Made by a program: the position numbers and the translations under genes
In this document: piece by piece, positions 1 through 9,946 of the stretch
How positions within the stretch are numbered: position 1 is the first letter of the stretch
Layout: each line of letters starts with the position of its first letter
DNA from: Faecousia sp.
GTDB lineage: Bacteria > Bacillota > Clostridia > Oscillospirales > Oscillospiraceae
Assembly: GCA_045533015.1 (NCBI GenBank)
Contig: JAZSHB010000016.1
Span: forward strand, 61 to 64,060
Length of the DNA: 64,000 nt
Reading direction: 5' to 3'
The notes under the pieces: model-generated
The model's input: the letters and a program-made list of their open reading frames with translations, nothing else
Told to the model about the DNA's origin: nothing
Databases searched by the model: none

Positions 1-13
1 GTTAACCCATAAG

Positions 14-38
14 AAGGTGCGCATTTGCGCACCTTTTT
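14..38 (+). terminator. Intrinsic terminator of an upstream gene
   Basis: AAGGTGCGCA-tt-TGCGCACCTT hairpin followed by a T run. Confidence 0.75.
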
Positions 39-84
39 GCATATGAACACTCTGTGAAAGAATATACAAAAAATTAAATAATAC

Positions 85-113
85 TTGTATATTCAAAAAT
101 ACTGTGATAATAT
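85..113 (+). promoter_or_regulatory. SigA-type promoter for the OLE RNA operon
   Basis: TTGTAT-17 nt-TAATAT with an AT-rich upstream tract; +1 predicted near 120. Confidence 0.55.
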
Positions 114-120
114 ACATTCT

Positions 121-732
121 GTCGGTGCAGTATCCTAGTCAGAACGACCGGCTTCCAGGTAGGGCCTAAAAATCCTATGAAGGGCATATCGATGAAGTCC
201 CTGGTGCTTGCTTTTTGCGCCCAGCTTAGGGTGGGTGCTGGGGGTTAAGGATTCAGGGCGCACTCCAATGGCATGGAGTATACGACCCGGTTTCCGCGGA
301 GACCTGGTATTGTGTGACGAAGTTGAGAACTCCAGTGCTGGAAGCCTCTTCGCACACGAGCCGGGTATGAACCTGCAAGGCGGTGCGCAGAATCGCGTGC
401 TGTGTGCAGTGTAGCCTGCCTTGAGTGAGTATGTGGGGAAAGGGGAACATGCGGCAAGAGCGTTGTGGCCAGACGGCTGTCGCTATCGCCCCTGGAAACC
501 ATCCTTGCAAAAGAGGCTAAGGGCTGGCTTGTTTTGCGGTGGAAAACACCTAGGCTGTCTTTCGTGGGACAGACAGGGGATTACAGTACGGACTAAGTGG
601 CAATCGGGTATTCAAGCCGGCAACGCTTGAACGGACGGATCAAACGGGAACGGCCTGTGCGGCAACGGCAGGTTCTGTCCGGTGAAATACAACCCGACCT
701 AAGCCGTAAGATTTATCCTGTCTGTCACCGTC
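121..732 (+). ncRNA. ole: OLE (ornate, large, extremophilic) RNA
   Basis: ~610-nt structured region with no credible ORF. 5' CGGTGCAG pairs with 3' CTGtCACCG. Contains OLE-like GCAGTATCCTAGTCAG and GACCTAAGCCG motifs. Directly followed by oapA and dxs-yqxC-nadK-argR-recN, the established OLE synteny. Confidence 0.88.
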
Positions 733-761
733 ACCATCATATAAAAAAGGGGATTTGACCC

Positions 762-1355
762 GTGTCCAGATCCGACCCATCTGCTTCAAATAAAGAGCGC
801 AATAAGACGATCCGCTGGGTCGTCACGATTTTTCTAGTTACGATTTTTATTTCCGGAACGATCTCGTTTCTTTCAGATTGGATCATGGAGAGCAGCACCA
901 TTATGGTAGCGTTTCTGATTCTTCTGGCGATCGTGCTGGTGGGTATTGTTTTTGATATTATCGGCGTAGCAGTCACATCTGCTGATGAAAAGCCATTTCA
1001 TTCCATGGCTGCCCGTAAGGTCCCTGGAAGCATGGAGGCGATCCGTCTGCTTCGGAATGCAGAACGGGTCAGTTCCATCTGCAACGATGTGATCGGCGAT
1101 ATCTGCGGTGTTGTATCCGGTTCTGCGTCTGCTACCATCGCCGCGCAGGTGTTGCAGAATTTTGAATTTACATTTCCTCAGCTGATATCCCTTTTGATGT
1201 CAGCGTTGGTAGCCGGACTGACTGTAGGCGGCAAAGCGATCGGCAAGACCTTTGCTATCAACTCCTGCACGAAGATCGTTTCCGGTGTTGGCAGGATCAT
1301 ATATACGCTCCGTCACATTCCGGAGCTGTTCAAAAAAGATAAAACAAACAGTTAG
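762..1355 (+). CDS. oapA: OLE-associated protein A (membrane protein)
   Basis: 197 aa, ~4 TM segments, PFHSMAARKV and CNDVIGDICGVVSG (DxxxD) motifs; adjacent to ole. Confidence 0.88.
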   Translation: MSRSDPSASNKERNKTIRWVVTIFLVTIFISGTISFLSDWIMESSTIMVAFLILLAIVLVGIVFDIIGVAVTSADEKPFHSMAARKVPGSMEAIRLLRNAERVSSICNDVIGDICGVVSGSASATIAAQVLQNFEFTFPQLISLLMSALVAGLTVGGKAIGKTFAINSCTKIVSGVGRIIYTLRHIPELFKKDKTNS

Positions 1356-1358
1356 GTT

Positions 1359-3230
1359 GTGTTACCTGTGAATATATTAGAGAGTATCCATGGTCACAAT
1401 GATCTGATAGCCCTCAACGAGGCGCAAAGATTGGAGCTTTGTCAGCAGATTCGGGATTTTCTTGTTTCCAGAGTCAGCCGGACAGGCGGGCACCTTGCGT
1501 CAAATTTGGGCGTAGTGGAGCTTACTGTAGCAGTTGAGACTGTCTTTGATACAGCCCATGACCGTTTGGTGTTTGATGTAGGTCACCAGTCTTATGTGCA
1601 TAAGATGCTGACCGGACGCCAGGCGGATTTTGATGCGCTGCGGCAGTATGGCGGCATGGCTGGATTCCCGAAGCCTGGGGAAAGTGACTGTGATGCGTTT
1701 ACTGCCGGACATTCCTCCAGCTCTGTATCCATTGCTTTGGGCATGGCGCGGGCAAGGACTTTGACCGGCGGAAAATACAATGTTGTAGCATTGCTGGGCG
1801 ATGGCGCAGCAACCGGCGGCATGGTCTATGAGGGACTGAATGACGCGGCTGTCAGCCATGAGCCGATGGTGGTCATACTTAACGATAATGAACTGTCCAT
1901 CGATCGCAATGTGGGCGGCTTAGCTTCCCATTTGTCTGCTTTGCGCACGAAGGAAAAGTATCTGGGAATGAAACGCAGATATAGAAGCGTTCTTTCGAAA
2001 ATTCCCGGTGGTAATTTCGTATTCAATATTACCCGCAGCGTGAAAGACAGGCTGCGCCGCATGCTCATTCCCACGACCATCTTTGAAAATATGGGCTTTA
2101 CCTATCTGGGACCGGTGGATGGGCATGATGTGGAGCATCTTATTTATTTGCTGCGGATCGCCAAGAGCATGAAGCGCCCCGTGCTGCTGCATGTTATCAC
2201 CCAAAAAGGAAAGGGCTATGCCCCGGCACAGGAGCATCCGAAGCTGTTTCACGGTGTAGGAAAATTTGATCCGGTAAGCGGTGCGGTAATGCCGAAAAAG
2301 GGCGATACCTTTTCGGATGCCTTTGGACAGATCATGTGTCAGCTGGCAAGACGGAATGACCGGGTTTGCGCGATTACCGCAGCTATGCCCGGGGGAACCG
2401 GACTGCTGGATTTTAAGAAGCAGTATCCTGCCCGCCTGTTCGATGTGGGCATTGCGGAAGAGCACGCCATGTCTATGGCTGGCGGTCTAGCCAAGCAGGG
2501 GATGATTCCGGTTGTTGCGCTATATTCTACCTTTCTCCAGCGAAGCTACGATATGATTCTGCAGGATATCTGTATGCAGGGTCTGCACGCTGTTTTGGCA
2601 GTTGACCGGGCAGGTTTGGTGGGTGAGGATGGCGAGACTCATCACGGTGTATTTGATGTAGGATTTTTGCGCCAGGCACCTGGTATGCATATTTTGTGTC
2701 CTGCCAGCCTTGCAGAGCTGAAGGATATGATGACCTGGGCGGTTGAAAAGTACAACGGTCCGGTGGCAGTGCGTTATCCCCGTGGCGGAGACAGAGGCTA
2801 TACGGAATCTGCGTGGTCCGAGACCCGGCAGGTGTGCTGCCACCGGGAGGGTGAGGATGTCACCATCGTTACCTATGGTACATTGCTGCAAAATGCTATG
2901 GATGCAGCGGATATTCTTGCAGACCGGGGTATTCGGGCAAAGGTCCTGCGTTTGCTGACCGTAGCACCGCTGCCTGCACAGCAGGTACTGGAGAATCTGA
3001 GCCAGACTCCCCATGTAGTAGTGCTGGAGGAGGTTTGCACAGGCAGCGGTATACAGCAGGAACTGGCGTGGGAGCTTACCCATAGTATGCCCCAATGCCG
3101 CGTTGACGGCATTGATCTGGGAGATGGGTATGTGACCCACGGTGCAGTGGATGCGCTGTATCGACACTGCGGCTTGGATGCAGAAACTATTGCCGATCAT
3201 ATTCAGGAGGTTCTGACAGTTGAAAATTAA
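1359..3230 (+). CDS. dxs: 1-deoxy-D-xylulose-5-phosphate synthase
   Basis: GGHLASNLG, FDVGHQ, GDGA, DVGIAEEH, GEDGETH motifs. Confidence 0.97.
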   Translation: MLPVNILESIHGHNDLIALNEAQRLELCQQIRDFLVSRVSRTGGHLASNLGVVELTVAVETVFDTAHDRLVFDVGHQSYVHKMLTGRQADFDALRQYGGMAGFPKPGESDCDAFTAGHSSSSVSIALGMARARTLTGGKYNVVALLGDGAATGGMVYEGLNDAAVSHEPMVVILNDNELSIDRNVGGLASHLSALRTKEKYLGMKRRYRSVLSKIPGGNFVFNITRSVKDRLRRMLIPTTIFENMGFTYLGPVDGHDVEHLIYLLRIAKSMKRPVLLHVITQKGKGYAPAQEHPKLFHGVGKFDPVSGAVMPKKGDTFSDAFGQIMCQLARRNDRVCAITAAMPGGTGLLDFKKQYPARLFDVGIAEEHAMSMAGGLAKQGMIPVVALYSTFLQRSYDMILQDICMQGLHAVLAVDRAGLVGEDGETHHGVFDVGFLRQAPGMHILCPASLAELKDMMTWAVEKYNGPVAVRYPRGGDRGYTESAWSETRQVCCHREGEDVTIVTYGTLLQNAMDAADILADRGIRAKVLRLLTVAPLPAQQVLENLSQTPHVVVLEEVCTGSGIQQELAWELTHSMPQCRVDGIDLGDGYVTHGAVDALYRHCGLDAETIADHIQEVLTVEN

Positions 3231-4023
3231 AAAGAGACTGGATGTCCTTCTTGTAGAGCAGGGGTACGCGGATACACGCACCAAGGCGCAGGCGATCATT
3301 ATGGCAGGACAGGTGTATGTGGCGGGTCAGAAGGCAGACAAGCCTGGCACCTCCTTTGAGGAATCCGTTCAGATCGAGGTGCGTGGGGCGGCATGCCCTT
3401 ATGTCAGTCGCGGCGGTTTAAAGCTGGAGAAAGCGCTTCGTGATTTTGGCGTAGACCCCAGCGGATATGTTTGCAGCGATTCCGGTGCGTCTACCGGGGG
3501 CTTTACCGACTGCCTGTTACAACAGGGCGCGAAAAAAGTTTTTGCCATTGACGTGGGCTACGGTCAGCTGGACTGGAAGATTCGTTCTGACCCCCGTGTG
3601 GTGGTCATGGAGCGCACCAATGTCCGTTATGTGACAGCTGAGCAATTGGGAGAGCCGCTGGACCTTTCCGTGGTGGATGTGAGCTTTATATCCCTGCGGA
3701 TCGTTTTGCCGGTCATTAAGACATTTCTGAAATCTACCGGCCAGGTCCTTTGCCTGATTAAGCCCCAATTTGAGGCAGGCAGAGAAAAGGTGGGTAAAAA
3801 AGGCGTTGTGCGGGATCCCCAGACCCATATAGAGGTCCTGGATGATTTTGTTTCCCTTGTACAGCAGGTTGGCTTTACGATTCTCGGATTGACCTTTTCT
3901 CCCGTAAAAGGACCGGAGGGCAATATCGAGTTTTTGGCACACCTGACCCTGGAGGATAAGCCCGGTATCACACCGGATACCGCTGCGATCGTAGCCCAGG
4001 CACATGAAACGTTAAAGGGGTGA
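3220..4023 (+). CDS. tlyA: TlyA/YqxC family RNA methyltransferase
   Basis: S4 domain (KRLD), YVSRGGLKL, GASTGGFTD, IKPQFE. Confidence 0.93.
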   Translation: MKIKKRLDVLLVEQGYADTRTKAQAIIMAGQVYVAGQKADKPGTSFEESVQIEVRGAACPYVSRGGLKLEKALRDFGVDPSGYVCSDSGASTGGFTDCLLQQGAKKVFAIDVGYGQLDWKIRSDPRVVVMERTNVRYVTAEQLGEPLDLSVVDVSFISLRIVLPVIKTFLKSTGQVLCLIKPQFEAGREKVGKKGVVRDPQTHIEVLDDFVSLVQQVGFTILGLTFSPVKGPEGNIEFLAHLTLEDKPGITPDTAAIVAQAHETLKG

Positions 4024-4028
4024 TTTCT

Positions 4029-4892
4029 GTGAAGAAAGTGATCTTGACGCCCAATCCCTATCGGGATAAAAATTTTCAAACGGTTCGCACGGCAATGCGC
4101 ATCCTCCGCGACAGCGGAATTGAAGTGCGGCTGTGCCTGCCCTTTGAGTTGGACAGAACACATGACCTGCCGGCAGACCTGCGCTTTTTCAGACTGGATA
4201 AGGAGCTTCCCACGGCAGATGCGGTGGTATGTTTTGGCGGTGACGGTACGATCCTGCACATGGCAAAGACAGCCACACGCCACAATATCCCCATTCTTGG
4301 GGTGAATATTGGCACGATGGGTTTCATGGCAGAGCTGGAAAATACAGAGCTGCAGCAGCTCTCCCGGCTCGCGTCCGATGATTATACCCTGGATGAACGC
4401 ATGATGCTGGATGTGACAGTGCACCGGGATAGGGATATTATTTTCCATGACATTTGTCTCAATGACGCGGTGATCACTAAGGGCGCAGTGGCGCGGATCG
4501 TCCACCTGTCTGTGAAGTGTGACGGTGTCCAGGCGATGGAATGCGGTGGCGACGGGCTTGTGATCGCGACGCCAACAGGCTCTACGGCGTACAGCTTGTC
4601 TGCCGGTGGTCCGATCATCGAGCCGGATGCCCACAGTATTCTGGTCACGCCTATATGCGCCCATGATGTTGCAAGCCGTTGCATGGTGGCATCTGAGAAG
4701 CGTGAGATCAAGGTAAGCCTGACACACAACGCCAGACGCAATGCTTTTTTGTCTGTGGATGGCGGCAAAGCGCTACGGATGAATATGGGTGATGTAGCGA
4801 CGATACGCACATCAGCGCTGAAGACCAAACTAATTCGGTTGAAGGACCGCAGCTTTTTTGATGTGGTCAATATGAAATTCAGAAATAACTGA
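4029..4892 (+). CDS. nadK: NAD(+) kinase
   Basis: GGDGT, LND, TPTGSTAYSLSAGG; start at GTG 4029 or 4020. Confidence 0.95.
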   Translation: MKKVILTPNPYRDKNFQTVRTAMRILRDSGIEVRLCLPFELDRTHDLPADLRFFRLDKELPTADAVVCFGGDGTILHMAKTATRHNIPILGVNIGTMGFMAELENTELQQLSRLASDDYTLDERMMLDVTVHRDRDIIFHDICLNDAVITKGAVARIVHLSVKCDGVQAMECGGDGLVIATPTGSTAYSLSAGGPIIEPDAHSILVTPICAHDVASRCMVASEKREIKVSLTHNARRNAFLSVDGGKALRMNMGDVATIRTSALKTKLIRLKDRSFFDVVNMKFRNN

Positions 4893-4903
4893 GGTGAGCA
4901 GCA

Positions 4904-5356
4904 GTGAAAAGTCAAAGACAAGCGAAGATCATGGAGATCATATCTACCAGAAATGTTGAGACCCAGGAACAGCTTCTTGCAGCACTCCAGAAGGAGGGCT
5001 TCCGGGGCACACAGGCTACCATTTCCCGGGATATCAAGGAGCTGCGTATCGTGAAGGAGCTTACCAGCCTGGGCACCTATCGCTATACCACCTCTGCAAA
5101 CGAGATGACCGGTTCATTCTCCTCGCGGCTCAATACCATTTTCCGTGAATGTGTCATCGGCTATGACTATGCCCAGAACATTATCGTTATCCGCACTTTG
5201 CCGGGACTTGCTTCTGCGGCAGGCTCTGCTATCGATTCTATGAACTTGAGCCTGGTCGTGGGCTCTTTGGCAGGGGATGATACAGTTATGGTAGTTATGC
5301 GTGACAGCAATGCGGCTGCAGCTTTTTGCGCAGAGATCAAAAATCTTATCAATTAA
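4904..5356 (+). CDS. argR: Arginine repressor
   Basis: TQATISRDIKEL, GSLAGDDT. Confidence 0.95.
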   Translation: MKSQRQAKIMEIISTRNVETQEQLLAALQKEGFRGTQATISRDIKELRIVKELTSLGTYRYTTSANEMTGSFSSRLNTIFRECVIGYDYAQNIIVIRTLPGLASAAGSAIDSMNLSLVVGSLAGDDTVMVVMRDSNAAAAFCAEIKNLIN

Positions 5357-5372
5357 CTAAGGGGGCGATGTC

Positions 5373-7022
5373 GTGCTGAGTCATCTGCATATTGAAAATA
5401 TTGCGGTAATTGAATGCGCCGACATTTCCTTTGATAAGGGCTTTAATATCCTTACGGGCGAGACGGGCGCGGGTAAATCCATCGTGATCGATGCGATCTC
5501 TGCGATCTTAGGTGAGCGTGCGTACCGGGATATGATCCGCACCGGGGCGGACAGGGCGTCTGTCCGGGCTGTATTTACCGATGTGCCCCCGCTGGATTGG
5601 TTCAGCGAAAACGGTGTTGCGTATGATCCGGAGACCATCGTCCAGCGTGAATTGTTTCTCGACGGGAAAAACATCTGCCGGGTAAACGGTGCGTTGGTCA
5701 CGGTGACGATCCTGCGAAAGCTGGGTATCCAGCTGATCAACATTCACGGTCAGCACGACTCGGCAGCCTTATTCGACGAAAACAACCATTTGCAGTATTT
5801 GGATGCTTTTGCCGACAATGAAGCCCTGCGGGTAGATTACAGTGTAAAGTATGAAAAGGTGGCACAGCTTCACAGCCAGATCCAGCGGATGTCCATGGAC
5901 GAGGGGGAAAAGCTGCGCCGTATGGAGACCCTTCGTTACCAGATCGAGGATATTTCCAAGGCTGAGCTTGAGGAAGGGGAGGACGACGCTTTGGAGCAGC
6001 GCCGCAAGATCCTCCAGAACGCAGAGAAACTCAGTGATGGCATCAATGCCGCGGTAGAGTGCCTTTACGGAAGCGACGAAACGGATGGTGCTGCGTCCCT
6101 GCTGGCAGAGGCACAGCGGGAGTTGAGCCGGCTTTCCCGGTTTACAGATGCTTATACAGACCTTCATGAGCGTGTCAGTGACCTGATGTACCAGGTACAG
6201 GATGTTGCTGAAGAGGTGCGTGATGCCCGGGACGGTCTTTCTTATTCCGCGGATGAACTGGAGAGGATCGAGGCAAGACTGGATGTGATTCACCGCCTGC
6301 GCCGTAAATACGGCGCCAGCTGTGCAGATATCCTTGCGTATCTGGACCGGGCAAAGCAGGAGCTGGATGAGATCGAATTTGCGGATGATCATCTGGGAAG
6401 TCTAAAAAAAGATCGGGAAAAGGCTGAGAAGATCGCCTGGGAGGCAGCATATGCCCTGCGCTGGAGCCGGGAACAGGCTGCACAGCAGCTGTCCGAAAGA
6501 ATCCTTACAGAGCTTGCACAGCTGGATATGCCAAGGGTCCAGTTTTCCTGTGAATTTACGGAGCTTGACCTGGGTTCAAACGGCGCTGATGGCGTGGCGT
6601 TTTATATGTCAGCCAATGCCGGTGAGGCGCTGAAGCCGCTGAGCAAGGTCGCCTCCGGCGGTGAACTTGCCCGGATCATGCTTGCAATGAAAAATGTTCT
6701 GGCGGAGCAGGACCGGGTGGCGACGCTCATATTCGACGAGGTGGATACCGGCGTGTCCGGCAGGGCAGCCCAGAAGGTAGCGGAAAAGCTGCGCAGCGTT
6801 GCAAAAACAAAACAGGTTCTCTGTGTGACCCATCTGCCTCAGCTGGCAGCCCTTGCAAGTTCCCACCTGCTGATCGCCAAGGAGGAGCGCGGAGGAAGGA
6901 CATATACCACTGTAGCACCCCTGGATCTGGAGGGAAGAAAACGGGAGATCGCCCGAATCATCGGCGGTGCGAATATTACGGAAACGACACTTAAAAGTGC
7001 GGAAGAAATGCTTAATACTTGA
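5373..7022 (+). CDS. recN: DNA repair protein RecN
   Basis: GETGAGKS Walker A, IHGQH, SGGELAR, FDEVDTGVSG. Confidence 0.96.
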   Translation: MLSHLHIENIAVIECADISFDKGFNILTGETGAGKSIVIDAISAILGERAYRDMIRTGADRASVRAVFTDVPPLDWFSENGVAYDPETIVQRELFLDGKNICRVNGALVTVTILRKLGIQLINIHGQHDSAALFDENNHLQYLDAFADNEALRVDYSVKYEKVAQLHSQIQRMSMDEGEKLRRMETLRYQIEDISKAELEEGEDDALEQRRKILQNAEKLSDGINAAVECLYGSDETDGAASLLAEAQRELSRLSRFTDAYTDLHERVSDLMYQVQDVAEEVRDARDGLSYSADELERIEARLDVIHRLRRKYGASCADILAYLDRAKQELDEIEFADDHLGSLKKDREKAEKIAWEAAYALRWSREQAAQQLSERILTELAQLDMPRVQFSCEFTELDLGSNGADGVAFYMSANAGEALKPLSKVASGGELARIMLAMKNVLAEQDRVATLIFDEVDTGVSGRAAQKVAEKLRSVAKTKQVLCVTHLPQLAALASSHLLIAKEERGGRTYTTVAPLDLEGRKREIARIIGGANITETTLKSAEEMLNT

Positions 7023-7040
7023 CTTTGGAGGATAGCAGTT

Positions 7041-8264
7041 ATGAAATTGTATGATGAATTGGTTGCCCGGGGACTGATCGCGCAGGTCACGAACGAAGAT
7101 GAGATTCGCGAAATGATCGACAATGGAAAGGCAACCTTCTATATTGGTTTTGATCCTACAGCGGATTCGCTGCATGTAGGTCACTTTATGGCGCTGTGCC
7201 TGATGAAGCGGCTGCAAATGGCAGGAAACAAGCCTATTGCACTGATCGGCGGCGGTACCGCTATGATTGGCGACCCTTCTGGCAGGACCGATATGCGCTC
7301 CATGATGACCCGGGAGACCATCCAGCACAACTGCGACTGCTTCAAAAAACAGATGGAGCGCTTTATTGAATTCGGTGAGGGCAAAGCACAGATGGTCAAC
7401 AATGCCGACTGGCTGCTGGATCTGAACTATGTAGATGTGCTGCGGGAGGTGGGTGCCTGCTTCTCCGTGAACAATATGCTTCGGGCAGAGTGCTACAAGC
7501 AGCGCATGGAGAAGGGTCTTTCTTTCCTGGAGTTCAACTACATGATCATGCAGTCCTATGACTTCTATCACCTGTATCAGCACTATGGCTGCAATATGCA
7601 GTTTGGCGGCAACGATCAGTGGAGCAATATGTTGGGCGGTACAGAGCTGATTCGCCGCAAGCTGGGACAGGATGCCCACGCGATGACGATCACGCTGCTT
7701 CTCAATTCAGAGGGCAAGAAGATGGGCAAGACTGCTTCCGGTGCTGTCTGGCTGGATCCTAATAAGACCACTCCCTATGATTTCTATCAATACTGGCGCA
7801 ATGTTGAGGATGCGGATGTCCTCAAGTGCATCCGTATGCTGACCTTCCTGCCTCTGGAGCAGATCGACGAAATGGATAGCTGGAAGGACGCACAGCTCAA
7901 TACCGCAAAGGAGATCCTGGCATTTGAGCTGACAAAGCTTGTCCACGGCGAGGAGGAGGCAGCCAAAGCGCAGGCAGCGGCAAAGGCGCTGTTTGTTGGC
8001 GGCGGTGACGATGCCAATATGCCTACTACCGCGATCACAGCAGAGCAGCTGACCGACGGAAAGATCGGAATCCTAAACCTGATGGTTGCCTGTAAGCTTG
8101 CTGCGTCTAACGGCGAAGCCCGCAGACTGGTGCAGCAGGGTGGTGTTTTTGTTAACGATGAAAAGGTGCCGGATCATACCTTTGCTGTTACCCAACAGAT
8201 GCTGGCAGACGGAGTAAAGATCCGCAAAGGCAAAAAGGTTTTTCATAAAGCGATCTTCGGATAA
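7041..8264 (+). CDS. tyrS: Tyrosine--tRNA ligase
   Basis: GFDPTADSLHVGH, KMGKT, C-terminal S4 domain. Confidence 0.97.
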   Translation: MKLYDELVARGLIAQVTNEDEIREMIDNGKATFYIGFDPTADSLHVGHFMALCLMKRLQMAGNKPIALIGGGTAMIGDPSGRTDMRSMMTRETIQHNCDCFKKQMERFIEFGEGKAQMVNNADWLLDLNYVDVLREVGACFSVNNMLRAECYKQRMEKGLSFLEFNYMIMQSYDFYHLYQHYGCNMQFGGNDQWSNMLGGTELIRRKLGQDAHAMTITLLLNSEGKKMGKTASGAVWLDPNKTTPYDFYQYWRNVEDADVLKCIRMLTFLPLEQIDEMDSWKDAQLNTAKEILAFELTKLVHGEEEAAKAQAAAKALFVGGGDDANMPTTAITAEQLTDGKIGILNLMVACKLAASNGEARRLVQQGGVFVNDEKVPDHTFAVTQQMLADGVKIRKGKKVFHKAIFG

Positions 8265-8269
8265 TAGAA

Positions 8270-8298
8270 AAGCGGCTCACATGAGCCGCTTATTCTTT
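8270..8298 (+). terminator. Intrinsic terminator after tyrS
   Basis: AAGCGGCTCA/TGAGCCGCTT hairpin plus T-rich tail. Confidence 0.7.
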
Positions 8299-8383
8299 AG
8301 GATTTTGCTATAGACATTTCATGGAAAAACTGTATAATTTATGTTAGCAGAGATAAAAATACAAGAAGCGAGGAATTTCTGAC

Positions 8384-9931
8384 ATGAAGCTCAATTACAA
8401 ACGCACGATCCTTGTGGGCTTTGCCTTTTTTCTCATAAGCGCCTTCTGGCAAGCATACGACGCGACGATTCCTGTGATCCTGACCAATAAGTTTGGTATG
8501 TCCCAGACCTGGTCCGGTATCATCATGGCGCTGGATAATATTCTGGCGGTGTTTATGCTGCCGCTGTTTGGCGCGATCTCCGACAAATGCACATCGCCCA
8601 GCGGCAGACGCACCCCGTTTATCCGTATTGGTACGGTGATTGCCGCTGTGGCATTGATCGGCTTAGCGTTTGTAGACGATGCCCAGCTTACGAACATAGC
8701 GGCAGTCTCCCAGATCGATAATGAGAAGGCACTCTACGAGATCTACGAGACCCAGGGCGATAAGACGCTTATGACCCCTGAGGGTGAGCAGTTTGTGCTG
8801 AAAGAGACTTTCTCTAAGGAAGCGTTTGCTTCCATCCGCAGCGATTATATTGATGCGGAAACCGGAGAGTCTCCTTATACCAATTATGTAGCACCTGCCC
8901 GGCAGGCGTATGCTGCTGAAAAGACTGCGCAGGATCCCGAGCCACTGCTTCTGTTTGTTGCCTTGCTGCTGATCGTGCTGGTAGCTATGGCGACTTTCCG
9001 CAGCCCTGCGGTGGCACTGATGCCGGATGTTACGGTCAAGCCGCTACGCAGCAAGGCAAATGCCGTCATCAATCTGATGGGTACTGCCGGCGGCATACTG
9101 GTTCTGGTGCTGGGTATCGTGTTTGCTACCTCTGCGGTGAAAAACCAGCTGATGAATTATTATATTTATTACGGCGTGATCGCGGGCATTATGCTTGGTG
9201 CGCTGGCGATCTTCCTGGCTACCGTTCGGGAGCCCCAGTGGGCGCAGCAGATGCGTGCTGACAGCGTGAAATACGGTATTGAGGAGGAGCAGGAGCAGAC
9301 AGGGGAAAAGCGCAAGCTTTCTGCCGGGGAAAAGCGATCCCTTATCTTTATTCTGGCATCCATTGCTCTGTGGTATTTTGGCTACAATGCAGTCACCTCA
9401 AAGTATTCCGTGTATGCGGGCAATATTTTGAATATGGACTACAATACAACTCTCTTGCTGGCGCAGGCGGCAGCAATCGTTGCCTACCTGCCTGCGGGCA
9501 TGGTCGCCTCCAAGGTCGGTCGTAAAAAGACAATCATGGCAGGTGTCATCATGCTGTCCGCTGCTTTTGGGGCTGCTTCCTTTATGCGTGCAGGAAGCTC
9601 TGTGCTGGTGATGAACATCCTGTTTGCTTTGGCAGGCATCGGCTGGGCGACTATTAATGTCAATTCCTTCCCTATGGTCGTGGAGCTGTGCAGTGGCGGC
9701 GATATCGGCAAGTATACCGGTTTCTATTATACTGCTTCTATGTCTGCGCAGATCGTTACGCCTATGCTGTCCGGTTTATTGATGGATATGGATGGTGTTG
9801 GCATGACAGTGCTGTTTCCCTACGCAGCGGTGTTTGCAGGACTGGCGTTTGTTACAATGGCGTTGGTCAAGCACGGTGACGCGAAGCCGGAGAGTAAAAA
9901 AGGACTGGAAGCACTGGATATCGACGATTAA
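8384..9931 (+). CDS. MFS transporter (GPH/SLC45-like)
   Basis: ~12 TM segments, GAISD..GRRTPF motif, hydrophilic insert after TM3. Confidence 0.85.
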   Translation: MKLNYKRTILVGFAFFLISAFWQAYDATIPVILTNKFGMSQTWSGIIMALDNILAVFMLPLFGAISDKCTSPSGRRTPFIRIGTVIAAVALIGLAFVDDAQLTNIAAVSQIDNEKALYEIYETQGDKTLMTPEGEQFVLKETFSKEAFASIRSDYIDAETGESPYTNYVAPARQAYAAEKTAQDPEPLLLFVALLLIVLVAMATFRSPAVALMPDVTVKPLRSKANAVINLMGTAGGILVLVLGIVFATSAVKNQLMNYYIYYGVIAGIMLGALAIFLATVREPQWAQQMRADSVKYGIEEEQEQTGEKRKLSAGEKRSLIFILASIALWYFGYNAVTSKYSVYAGNILNMDYNTTLLLAQAAAIVAYLPAGMVASKVGRKKTIMAGVIMLSAAFGAASFMRAGSSVLVMNILFALAGIGWATINVNSFPMVVELCSGGDIGKYTGFYYTASMSAQIVTPMLSGLLMDMDGVGMTVLFPYAAVFAGLAFVTMALVKHGDAKPESKKGLEALDIDD

Positions 9932-9946
9932 GAAAGTGGGAGACTT

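Noticed and set aside
355-395. GAGCCGGGTATGAAC... loosely resembling group II intron domain V
   Set aside because: No proper D5/D6 geometry, no RT ORF, and the context fits OLE
208-630. Short ORFs on both strands in the first 700 nt
   Set aside because: No RBS or recognisable motifs; better explained as shadows within the OLE RNA
7020-7041. Expected T-box upstream of tyrS
   Set aside because: Only 18 nt separate recN and tyrS, so there is no room for a leader
3627-7679. Long antisense ORFs (3627-4727, 6609-7679; likewise 23726-24700, 36892-37926, 43465-44550)
   Set aside because: Fully opposite well-conserved genes and lacking motifs; typical codon-bias shadow frames
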